DNA from: Eledone cirrhosa
Lineage: Eukaryota
NCBI GenBank assembly: GCA_964016885.1
Contig: CAXHJY010000868.1
Span: 55,227-119,226, forward strand
Direction of reading: 5' to 3'
DNA length: 64,000 bases
Part shown: piece after piece, positions 52,639 through 64,000 of the stretch
Numbering within the stretch: the stretch's first letter is position 1
How the letters are laid out: each line of letters opens with the position of its first letter
Translations under genes and position numbers: made by a program
The notes under the pieces: generated by a model
Told to the model about the DNA's origin: nothing
What the model saw: only the letters and a program-made list of their open reading frames with translations
Databases searched by the model: none

Positions 52639-53005
52639 ATCATCATCATCATCATCATCATTGTTTAACGTCCATGTTCCACGCTTGCATGGGTTTGGAC
52701 GGGAGTTTTCCCACTTGAGGCAAGAGTGGTTGTCTTGCTCGCATAGGACTGTCTGGCGGGTTTTCTACAGCTGGATGCCCTTCCTAACACCAACCACATT
52801 TACAGTGTGAGGCTGGGAGGTTTTTACTGTGTTGCCTACACGGCCACATTACAGCGTGGACTGTGTGTTTTTTTGTTGTGACACCTACACGATCTCATTT
52901 GTTTCGGCCTGGATGTTGTGGCACCAACATAACTTTACATTGAAAGGGGTGGTGTGGATGGGGTGGGGGTGGTGGGACGGGGGTGTATTTTGTTAGAGAT
53001 GCCTA
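52639..53005 (-). mobile_element. 5'-truncated copy (3'UTR only) of the intact RTE family
   Basis: Near identity to 30014-30475, lacking that copy's internal duplication. Confidence 0.88.
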
Positions 53006-54229
53006 ATACATTAATAATCACTAAATGGGTATAAAACACAGCTTTGTAGCTATTTATAGGATTTGTCCAATATTTACATGAATATGTATGTAGATAAGTG
53101 TGTATATATGCATATGTAGATAAGTATTTAAATATGTATATATGCCCAGATACACACTCATACACATATATATCTTACTTGATGAAATAGATATGTCCTC
53201 TTATAAGTTGAAGGTTGTTACTTGAGGTATACTGTAAACACATTTATCTCTCAGTAACTCATTCCACCAAACTGTAAATGAGGATGTGTAACTTATAATT
53301 ACTCTAAATACTAAAGGCTATATAACTAGTAAAAGCTGTTTTGCGAAACATTACAACTGCAAAATAAGAGAACTGAATCATCAGTGTTTAATGTCTATTT
53401 TTCATGCTTTCATGTGTTAGGCAGGTTGCCATGTTATCAGGCCAAACAAGTCAGGTGACCATGTCTTGCTCATATGATCCAATTTTGGTTTGGTTTTCTA
53501 TAACAGAATGCCCTTCCTAATGCAAACATTACAGCATGTACTGGAAGCATTTATTGTGGCACCAGCTCAACTACCTTACAGGGTAGAATGGGTGTTGTTT
53601 TGTCATGGCACCAGCATGGCTACCTTTACAGGTTGGACTGGGTATGTTTTGTTGTGGTACCAGTAAATCCACATCAGAAAGTTAATTGAAAATATTAGAT
53701 AATATAATCTTTTAGAATGAAAATATTCACACCTAGGTTTTGTTTCCTTTTGATAAGAAATTTACACTTGTAGTTCATCTTAAAACTTCTAAAGTAATTG
53801 TTTACACATTAAATATGCTACAAACAAACAATTTATTTGTCAACTTACCTGGTAACTGTATGTTAAATCTTATTCTTTTGTTTGTGTCAACTGTCAGCAA
53901 TCTCTGCCCACACATCCTGTTTTAGTAGAAATCATGAGTTCTGTTTTTTTTGTATTAGCTTTGCTGAAATCTTATTCCCACCTCCCCCAGTTTCATACAG
54001 TTACGTCACTTTCAATACATTACTGTATGTTAGTGTTATCAACTTAAAAAATACAATGCCATCAACTTCACTTCAGATTACCCAAATTCTCTGTATCATC
54101 ATCACCTTCGTTTTATGTCCATCTTCCATGCTAGCATGGGTTAGATCTCTGTATAGCTTCAGATTTGTCTACCTCTTCAAATTTAACATATTCATTCAAT
54201 GTAATTCTCTTGAATTTTTCTATTTTCAG

Positions 54230-54302
54230 GTACTCCCAGAAAAGCAACCTGTGTTTGCTTTCTTGCCACTACGTTCTTATGGTCTGCGTTTCATCATTCA
54301 AG
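54230..54302 (+). CDS. NOV-like gene, exon S
   Basis: QPVFAFLPLRSYGLRFIIQG, a sacsin/NOV conserved motif; phase 0-1. Confidence 0.92.
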
Positions 54303-54992
54303 GTAGATATTTGTGATGTAGTTTATGCTACTAACATTCAGAAGATCTGTCTCATTTTATTTGTTCACATTAACTCATGTGTAATAACTGTTGACTTAAT
54401 TATCTGTAACTAAATTTATTACTAATGTTAGCTTTGCTTATTGCTGTGTGATGCATGGTTTAAATTGACCTCATCTATATTTAGCTTTTATACTGACCAC
54501 CAAACTATAGATGTGTGGTATCTTGTCAATATATATTTTCTTTCAAAGGAAAGTCAGAGGTTGATACAGTTCAAGACCAGTGTTATTGCAACTAATTTCT
54601 TCCAGTTGAGTGGAAAAATAACCAAGTGTCATGTAACATAATTGTCAAATGTACCAGAGTGCCTCATTGGGAATGTTACACCTCATGTTTCCTCATTTGT
54701 ATCTAATAAAATTTTGAAAAATCCTTGCTAAAAAAATAAATAATATGTTTCATATACATACTTATAAAATAGTATATCATCATCATCATCATCATCATCA
54801 CTGTTTAATGTCTATTTTTCATTCTTGCATGGGTTAGATGAATTGTCACATTATGAGGCTAGACAGCTAAAATGACTGCATCATGTTCATATTATCTGTT
54901 TTGGGCCTAGTTTTCAATAACTGGATGTCCCTGCTTATGCCAAGAATATTTCAATGTGGACTGGGAGCTTTTTCATGACACCAGCATATATA

Positions 54993-56492
54993 TCATCATC
55001 ATCACCGTTTAACGTCCATTTTCCATGCTTGCATGGGTTAGACGGGTTGTCCACATTATGAGAAAAGTCTGGCCAGTTGGCTGTGCCATACCTTGCTCAG
55101 CCAGAACTGTAAATTTGGCCGGGATTTTTACAGCTAGATGCCCTTTCTAACATCAATCGCATTTAACTATGTGAACTACTCACATTGGAACCATAGTTTT
55201 GGATCTGGGCAGTTGCACTATGGCCAGTTAACCGCACCAAGCTTTTCTCATAGTGAGCCCTGAGTGAAGATCTGGTCTGTTGGCCACGCCGTATCCTGCC
55301 CACATCAGAACCATAATTTGGGAGCTGGGTGATCCCATGATGAGGGAAGTTGGGCCTTACTCATAAAGGAGCCATGTTACTGGGTGGTCCTGCCATCAAC
55401 CACGTTTACAGTGTGGAGCTGAGTGGCACTGTTATGAGCAGGGTCCGGGGTTGAGTTGTTGACACAGGTCTTTTGACATATGTTGTAGTGCCAGAGGTCT
55501 CAGTCCTGAGTCATCTCCATTGAGAGGTTCAACTAAGTCAGGTCAGCCTTTATTGTTTCATCCCACTTCTTCCTGGGTCTTCCTCTTTTGGAGCATCCTA
55601 CAACCTCTAGGGCCCTGCACCTTTTTATACAACTGTCATCCTTCATGTGCATCATGTGACCATACCACTGCAGTCTTCTCTCTTGCACACAATATTTAAT
55701 CCCTTCTATACCCAGTCTCATTCTCAATTCATTTACACTTTTCTGTTCATACACACTATGGTTACATGTCAATCTGATCAAACAGGCTTTATTTCTTTTC
55801 AATCTCCATAGATCCTCAGCATGCACAGCCCATGTTTCACTTCCAGGTAACATTGCTGTTCACACACAGGCATGATACAGCTTGCCTTTTATCTTAAGTG
55901 AGAAACCTTTTGTAGCTAGCAACGGCAACAGCTCCCTGAACTTTTTCCATCCCATCCTAACTCTTGCAACTGTACTTTCTGTGCATCCACCTTCACTGCT
56001 GATCTGGCCACCCAGGTAGCAGAAGCTGTCAACTATTTCGATGGGGGTCCTCTGTACATTTAAAGGAGCTTGTTTCCTAAGGGTCTTTGCTTACTTTCCC
56101 TGTGCAACAGCCACATATGAAGACTGTGTTTTTTGATAGCCTGCCTATATTCCCACTACACATCCTGTGAACCCACAGTTTACATTTGGGACACCTGATT
56201 GAGTTTCTACCTACTCTTTTCCTTCATACCAAGCAGAGGCATTTCTCACAGGGGATCAGAGCCCTGATTTCTTTTCTACTCACTATGATTTTGGTCTTTA
56301 CCAAGTTGACTTTAAGGCCTTTTATTTCTAAGTTGTGCCTCCATGTCTGAACTTTCTTCTCTAATTCTGTCATAGAATCGGCTAACAGATTCAGGTCATC
56401 AGCATATAGGCGTTCCCATGGACAACGAGTCTTAAATTCTTGTTACAGCCTGAAGGTTAATAAGGAAGAGGAGGGGGCTAAAGACAGAATCC
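54993..56492 (-). mobile_element. Degraded 5'-truncated RTE LINE with PHD remnant
   Basis: YADD region, GSETW, RRLQWYGH, GRPRKKW, 3'UTR and tail. Confidence 0.85.
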
Positions 56493-56548
56493 TGTTGAAC
56501 CCATGCTACTTTCCTGTATTATGGTTTTAATTCTCTTCTCTTGTGTAG

Positions 56549-56661
56549 GTGATTTTGACTTGCCATCCAACAGAGAAGCTGTTGATTCTGACAGTTTGTG
56601 GAACCAGTGGCTCAATAGTGAGATACCTTCTCTCTTTTTAGAGGCTTTGGAAAAATTCAAG
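56549..56661 (+). CDS. NOV-like gene, exon T
   Basis: DFDLPSNREAVDSDSLWNQWL, a sacsin/NOV motif; AAG|gtaagg; phase 1-0. Confidence 0.92.
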
Positions 56662-56699
56662 GTAAGGTTTTAGATTCTTTGGAAAATATATGATGATGA

Positions 56700-56744
<45 letters not shown>

Positions 56745-56943
56745 CATACATACATACATACATACATACATACATACATACATACATACATACACACACA
56801 CGAAGGTTGGTTGAAAAGTTCATAGGCTGATTATGAAGGATTAATACTAGAGATGTGAAATCTTGATTGCATTAATTTCAACTCTTCTTATTAATAACTG
56901 CATTATTTCTTTCCAGGGACTATGTTGAAAAGTAAACCTCATT

Positions 56944-56972
<29 letters not shown>

Positions 56973-56976
<4 letters not shown>

Positions 56977-58251
56977 CATTTCATTTGAGTTTGAGTCCAT
57001 GCCCAGGCCAAGTCGAAGACTCCACCCTCAGAGTCTGGTGTGGTTGCCAGGTTGGATTCTCTGTTTAATTTTGACATGTGTACGAGCGAGTTTGAGTCAG
57101 TTTGTGTCGTTCTGTATATCCTGGGAGATGGAGTTCATCTCTAATGGTGCTTAAGTATCTATCCAGTTGCAATTTGAATGATTCCACACTGCATCCTGAT
57201 AGATTTCTGACATGTACCGGAATGGAGTTGAATAGTTGTGCCCCTCGAACCAACAGACTTGACTCTCGCAGGGTTTTTGCTGCCTGGCCAGCCCTTTTGT
57301 TGATTGGTGGTAGCTGGCAGCGTCTTCCGTGGCGCAGTGAGTGGTAGGTTTTGATACCAAAGTTTGGCACCTTTTGCTCTATCATTTTCCAAATGTATAT
57401 AATTCAGTATCGCTCAAATCTTCTTTCTATTGAGTACATCTTCAAGGTTTTGAGTCTTTGCCAATAGTCCAGGTCCCTCGTTTCTGAGAAGTATGAGGTA
57501 AAATTTCTTTGGAGCGATTCCATCTTAGATAGTTGGCCCTTTGTTGTTGGTGACCACAACTGAGAACAGTAGTTAATCCTCGGAAGTACCATAGGGTTTT
57601 CATTGTTGAGGTATCTCTTGATTTGAAGGTGCGCAAGATCCACCCGCTGTACTTTCTTGCAGTAAGACAGACTGAGTCAAGGTGTTCTCTGAATTTTAGG
57701 CTGGTTCCCATGTGGATGCCTAAATCTTTCACACACTGTTTTTCCATTATTTGTTGTCCTGGTGGGTTTCTGTAGTTTGTTGTATTTTTCAGATCTTGAT
57801 CTGTTCCGTAGCGAATTAGTTCAAACTTCTTATCATTGAACAACATGTTGTTTGTTTCCTGCCATTTGTATATGGTGGTTAGGTCCTTTTGTAAGGCCTC
57901 TGTATCTACCTCGTCTTTGATTTGTCTCATGACCCTGGTGTCATCAGCAAAGGATGAGACGTTGCTGGTTGTATCTTCATCTATGTCAGAGATGAGGATG
58001 AGAAACAGGATCGGGCCGAGTACTGTATCCTGAGGAACACTGCTGGTCACAGGTGATGGTGTTGAATGGGTTCTATTCACAGTGACTGTTTGAGTTCTAT
58101 TTGTAAGGAACTCATGTATCCATGTACCAACTTTTCCTCCTACTCCTAGCTTTCGAAGTTTGTGTCCCAGGATGCCATGATCTACCTTGTCAAATGCCTT
58201 GGCAAAGTCGAGGTAAATAACATCTGTGTTGTATCCATTCTCTGCTTGCAA
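56973..58251 (-). mobile_element. 5'-truncated CR1/Jockey-group LINE
   Basis: YLDFAKAFDKVDH, SSVPQDTVLGP, FADDT, KDLGI; (AAATG)n tail; one frameshift. Confidence 0.88.
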
Positions 58252-58260
58252 GGGTGAGAC

Positions 58261-58597
58261 GAGAACTGATTCTGGCTTGATTTCTACAGCTGGATGCCCT
58301 TCCTAACACCAACCTCATTTACAGTGCAAAGTGGTCGTGGAGGTGCCACAGCAAAAAAGCACCCAGCCCACACTGTAACGTGGACGTGTAGGCGCCACGG
58401 AAAAAAAGCACCCAGCATTCACTGTAAATGAGGTTGGTGTTAGGAAGGGCATCCAGCTGTAGAAATCTAGCCAGAATCAATTCCCGTATGAGCAGGACAA
58501 GGTCAGCCGACCGGACACTGCCCACAACAAGACAACCCGTCTAACCCATGCTAGCGTGGAAGAACGGACGTAAAACGGTGGTGATGATGATGATGAT
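58261..58597 (+). mobile_element. RTE 3'UTR-related short element with an inverted 5' segment
   Basis: (GAT)n tail at ~58580-58597; 58267-58326 is the reverse complement of 58420-58479. Confidence 0.78.
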
Positions 58598-58667
58598 TCA
58601 CTCACACACACTCACACAATTATTATTATTAAAATGTTAACTATTTTGTTTTTTTATATGTTTTTAG

Positions 58668-58827
58668 ACTCATCCAAATTTCAGTTCACCTGTGATGGCA
58701 ATTGCTTCTTATTTACAATTTGTCCCTGAGGAGGATGAAGTTCTTGATTTCTTTAAACCAATTGCAACACACATTCTGAAAAAACTGAAAAGTAAACCAT
58801 GCATTCCCTGTCAACCATTAACAGAAG
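58668..58827 (+). CDS. NOV-like gene, exon U
   Basis: ttttag|ACT...GAAG|gtaagt; YLQFVPEEDEVLDFF; phase 0-1. Confidence 0.88.
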
Positions 58828-58969
58828 GTAAGTTGGGTGATGACATGCTTGAAATACCTGAAAATGTAGAATTACAGATAATAATGTTGGTGAAGAAAAT
58901 TACGTAGATAATATTATATATTTTTTATTTGACATTTTTGAATTTCATATTCATATATTGTGTTTTCAG

Positions 58970-59209
58970 GTGGCAGCATTCAGTGGAAGATTCCTTCCCA
59001 GACACTGCTTGGACAAGACTCACTGACCATGAAAGTTGCTCCGCCACAAAAACTTCAAAAACTTTTACACCTATATTATCTGCATGCAGATCTTGCTAGT
59101 GTTCTCAACACAAGTATTACTAACAGCTTAGGTATTGAGAAAATAAAAACAGTTCATTTGTTAAAGATTGGAGAAGGTTTAGCAAATGGCTTTAATAACA
59201 AGGAAACAG
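58970..59209 (+). CDS. NOV-like gene, exon V (last exon found; the gene continues beyond the window)
   Basis: tttcag|GT; WKIPSQTLL..YYLH..SLGI; probable GC donor ACAG|gcaagt. Confidence 0.82.
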
Positions 59210-60264
59210 GCAAGTATTTCTGCTTTAAAATTTTAGTCTGTAGATATTTGATTAAAATTACACTCGTCCACAGATAAGAAACACTTTCAATATATATATA
59301 TTGATTCATCAGTGCTACTTTGAAAACTTCTCAAGTAATGTAAAATCATCTTTCCTCTTCTCGTGACTCTCTGTTACATCCATTAATATACTGTACTATT
59401 TCAGATATCATAACGTTGTTCTGTTTAGAGGCTCTCTCTAAACCTCCTGTTAGTATTTTTCCTCTGCCTTCAAATCAAAACTCGAAATATTCTGTATTCT
59501 CGATCTTCAGATATTTTCTATTCTACTTTCCATCTCAATTTCAGTCACATGGACTCTAGTACAGTTTACATATTCTTTCGTCTACACTTTGCTTATACTC
59601 CTCCCCCCACCCTATATACATCTATATATACTTATGGAAGCTAAAGTGAAACCTCTAACTTCTTGATTCATTTGATTCTATCACTGCTGCTTTGAAAACC
59701 TCTTGAGTAATGTAAAATCGTCTTTTTTTCTTCTTCCCTCAACTCCCTGTTACATCCATTACTATTTCAGGTATCACAACTCGCAAATATTCTGTCTTTC
59801 CCCCAGTTTATCCCACGAACCCACACACACCGCCATAGTCATTGGACCAATCAAATCTCAGCAGTGCAATTACATTTCACTCTAAACCCAATTTCTTTCA
59901 TAAAAGCTACTTCTTTTCTTCTGCTACTACTGTGGTTAAAAAAAGCTATCTCACTTACCGCTTTTCATAGGCGCCGCTAAACTCCACTGCAGGTTACTCC
60001 TCTTCCACGTGCGTCCAACTGCTTAACACCGGGAGCTGCCCAAAACTCGCGTCCACACCGTTTGCTGGTCACCACTAGAGAGAGGCCCTCTGCTGGCCCT
60101 TCCGGTCGAGCATCCTTCTGGCCAAGCACCCTTCCAGTCGAGCACTCCCCCGCCTCCGGCCACCGCACGCCACACCATACCCACAACTACTACTACTACT
60201 AAACATTGTTGTGAGCCTGATTGTTGTTTTGTATGATAAATAAACTACAGAGTTGGAGCACTCC

Positions 60265-61405
60265 TAAAGATGCATGTGTACAAACAACAATATTGAATGG
60301 TAGTGAGACCTGAGCACTGTGTGCAGAGGACCTGTGAAGATTGGAAAGAAATGAAACCTGCATGCTCCGATGGATATGTAATAGTGAGGAGAGGAGATTG
60401 TGTTGGATTGGTCATGTGATGTGTATGAAGGATGACAGCTGTATAATAAGTTGATGGAAGCTATGGAATATGAAGACCCAGGAAGACTTGGAATGAGGAA
60501 ATAAAGTTGATATTTCACAATTGTACCTCTCAAAGGTGATGACACAGGACTGAGATATCAGGCATTATACAGTAATATAGAAGACCCACCTTCCATGAGC
60601 ACTGGCTGAAACATACATCTAATATGCACCACCTTTGCCTCCATTCCCCTTTCCATTCCCCTCACATATCCTAACACCCCACCCATGTCCTAACAATATG
60701 CCCCTCACAAATGCCCCGATAACAACCTCTCCAATCACAACCCACCTCCCCCACCAAAGTACCCAGTCCACACTGTAAAGTGGTTGTGTAGGAGTCATGA
60801 CAAAAAACACCCAGCCCACACTGTAAAGTGGTCGTGTAGGTGTCACAACAAAAAGTACCCAGCCCACACTGTAAAGTGGTCGTGTAGGTGTCACAACAAA
60901 AAGTACCCAGCCCACACTGTAAAGTGGTCGTGTAGGTGTCACAACAAAAAGTACCCAGCCCACACTGTAAAGTGGTCGTGTAGGTGTCAGAACAAAAAGT
61001 ACCCAGCCCACACTGTAAAGTGGTCGTGTAGGTGTCAGAACAAAAAGTACCCAGCCCACACTATAAAGTGGTCGTGTAGGTGTCAGAACAAAAAGTACCC
61101 AGCCCACACTGTAAAGTGGTCGTGTAGGTGTCAGAACAAAAAGTACCCAGCCCACACTGTAAAGTGGTCGTGTAGGAGTCATGACAAAAAACACCCAGCC
61201 CCACACTGTAAAGTGGTCGTGTAGGAGTCATGACAAAAAACACCCAGCACACACTGTAAATGTGATTGGTGTTAGGAATCTAGCCAGAAACAGTTCTGTA
61301 TGAGCAAGACATGGTCACCTGACCCAACTTGCCTCAAATAGAACAACCCATCTAACCCATGTTAGCACGGAAAAATGGACATTAAACAATGAATATGATG
61401 ATGAT
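60265..61405 (+). mobile_element. Degraded RTE 3' end with a 48-bp tandem array (~60760-61260, ~10 copies) in the 3'UTR
   Basis: RT C-terminal remnants, unit cacactgtaaagtggtcgtgtaggtgtcacaacaaaaagtacccagcc, gatgatgat tail. Confidence 0.8.
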
Positions 61406-61792
61406 ATATAATATGTAAAGGATAAAGATCCCATAACTCCTCATGGAGTCATAGAGGCACCCTCATGTGGTGTGTCTAGGGCACTTTCAGACGCTCTCCA
61501 GGTCTGAACACAGCCGATTTTTTCTATATATATCATCATCATCATTATCATCGTTTAACATATATATGTGCTACATGGCATTGTGGATTTCATTGAGCTT
61601 TTCTGAACCGTCTCAATGTTAGTGCATATGACTGGTATGTTGTACAGACGACATGAAACACCACCAAATTGGCTGCACTTTAGAATTAGCAAGCAAAGAT
61701 GCAAAATAATTTATAGTTACAGTTACAGTTACCATAACTTTAATCTATATAAAGAACTTTGTCATAGAAAATATGTTTTGAAATATATTTAA

Positions 61793-61991
61793 CCCTTTAG
61801 CATTTACATTACTCTATATATACAATTGTATTTTTACAGTAAAGGCCTTATTATATAATTATCTCATATTTGATATTATTTATTTTGAAAACAATACCTT
61901 AACATCAGTATGAACAGCTGGTTATGGCCGGTTTGAACAGAAAGAGGTGAGAGAATTCTGGCCGGATATGGCCAGTTTAAATTCTAAAGGG
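61793..61991. mobile_element. piggyBac-like MITE
   Basis: TTAA-CCCTTTAG ... CTAAAGGG-TTAA. Confidence 0.75.
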
Positions 61992-63592
61992 TTAAAGTAT
62001 ATTAGTTGCCATCATAAATCTATTAACACCTTCAACACACAATCTACTTGCTCACTGTTTCTATTTATTACTATCTAAAGCCTTTATCTGTCCATTTAAA
62101 CATACTATTTTATTTAATCTGTTTTTGTTTTGTTTTTTCTTCATTCTTCACAATTCACTTTAACCTCTTCAGTGCCGTAGACAAGGTCACTCGTCTTAAC
62201 ATGTATGCATTCCAATGCCACTGCTGAGATAACTTGTCCTAACATGTTTGAACTCTTTTCCAACAGTTCATAACTTCAAAGCTAGATGGGGTTACTAGCT
62301 TATTGGTGTGGCATTGTAAGCAATGAAAGTGTTTTCTTGATATGTTGAACTCAATATCACTAAAGGGAACTTTCTAGAGATGTGAATGGAGTTAATCACC
62401 CATTGAATATCATATATTTCTTCTGATCTTTTTACACTAAGACACCTTCTTGCACTTTACTTTTTAACAAAGTTGACCTTACATCTGAACATACACAATA
62501 AGTAACTACTAAACAAATTATATTAAAGGGAAATAACCCACGTATGTAATACACAACTACATTAAACACAACCACAAGGATATGGTCTGAACATGGAAAA
62601 GCCGAACTCCCACTGTCATCGCCTCCATCTCTCTTGCCCTCCCCATCTCTCTGTATGGTGAGCAAATGGGGTCCCCTGTGCTGGCCTCCCCACAGCCCCG
62701 GTGGACAGAATGGAGAAGGCTTTTCTCCAGAGGATGATAAGGTAGATGCGCTGGAAGAGCCATTCCAACTCACAAGGCTCACACCTGTGGCATTTATCAA
62801 TCATTCAGATATGTGTTGTTATAAATGTTTGATTAAAAAATATATCAAATTAAAAAACGGAGTTAAAAACTCACATTAATCCCCTGTAATTTAATGAGCT
62901 CAAGGAATAGGTACTGGGCTCTTTATAATACAGTATATAGAGAAGAAACACAAAAAGGTGTTTTCAATCACAGGAGGTAGAGAACCATTACAGTGAAAAA
63001 TATAAAGTCTACGAAAGGAAAGGCAAATACATATTAATTAAAAGAATAAATCAAAATGCACTTTAAAAAATAGTCATTTTACTAAAAAAAAACCAGCATA
63101 GCAACTGTAACTGTGTAAAATATAAACGGCAGTCCACAGGTTAAATAATTAGATATTATGGCCTTTGTTACTTCAATTATATCATTTTCCTTTTTTTATT
63201 GAAGACAACACTAATAACTTGTAACTTTGGGTTTAACTTACTGACCACATGGTCAGAAATTAAAACATTATTACATCATTGTAGTAAATCATATTGTTCT
63301 TACAACATTCCATTTCACTGAGACCAGATTCCACTCCTATTGCTAGTAGGAAAGACATCCACCAATTTCTTCTTGTAATTACAAAGTTTGCAAAACTGAA
63401 TTCAACACTTACCATTGACATAAATTAGAGATAAATTGATGGACTTTATCAAACTAACTTGTAATAGATATACTTAGATAGTAAAACAAACATTCAGTAG
63501 TTATAGTATTCACTAAACATTCTGATCTCTGGAGATTGTTCAAAGTCGCCATACATACTTCACATCAAGAATGTTGTGTTGCAAAGGTTAGG

Positions 63593-64000
63593 TTCTTCTT
63601 CTTCTTCTTCTTCTTCTTCTTCTTCTTCTTCTTCTTCTTCTTCTTCTTCTTCTTCTTCTTCTTCTTCTTCTTCTTCTTCTCTTCTTCTTCTTCTTCTTCT
63701 TCTTCTTCTTCTTCTTCTTCTTCTTCTTCTTCTTCTTCTTCTTCTTCTTCTTCTTCTTCTTCTTCTTCTTCTTCTTCTTCTTCTTCTTCTTCTTCTTCTT
63801 CTTCTTCTTCTTCTTCGTTCTTCTTCTTCTTCTTCTTCTTCTTCTTCTTCTTCTTCTTCTTCTTCTTCTTCTTCTTCTTCTTCTTCTTCTTCTTCTTCTT
63901 CTTCTTCTTCTTCTTCTTCTTCTTCTTCTTCTTCTTCTTCTTCTTCTTCTTCTTCTTCTTCTTCTTCTTCTTCTTCTTCTTCTTCTTCTTCTTCTTCTTC
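63593..64000. repeat. (TTC)n microsatellite, >400 bp, running off the window
   Basis: Nearly pure triplet run. Confidence 0.98.

Noticed and set aside
41503-56661. Calling the gene sacsin (SACS) or a prokaryotic defence ATPase
   Set aside because: Only one ATPase module is seen, N-terminal blocks match NO VEIN, and the gene has many spliceosomal introns.
62160-63145. Possible TTAA-flanked piggyBac-like element; inner part resembles ~9968-10060
   Set aside because: The putative TIRs match poorly and no transposase motif is recognisable, so it cannot be supported.

Overview
AT-rich, repeat-dense eukaryotic DNA. The repeat landscape of SINEs, RTE LINEs with (CAT)n tails and microsatellites resembles a coleoid cephalopod such as octopus; this assignment is inference. 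The whole window lies inside one large + strand spliced gene. I traced 22 phase-consistent exons (1049-59209, about 1848 codons, open at both ends). They encode a NO VEIN (NOV)-like protein with a sacsin-type GHKL ATPase and an N-terminal array of at least five LOTUS/OST-HTH-like domains. Three of these domains sit on recently duplicated, symmetric phase-1 exons. The introns contain: a ~9.8 kb TIR element with an 8-bp TSD whose interior is a 54/87-bp minisatellite built from a TIR motif, itself interrupted by an apparently intact RTE-clade LINE carrying a PHD finger; a mariner remnant interrupted by a 5'-inverted LINE; CRE-like and CR1-like LINE fragments; non-autonomous Helitrons; MITEs; many tRNA-derived SINEs; and several minisatellites. 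No CRISPR array, rRNA or true tRNA gene was found.
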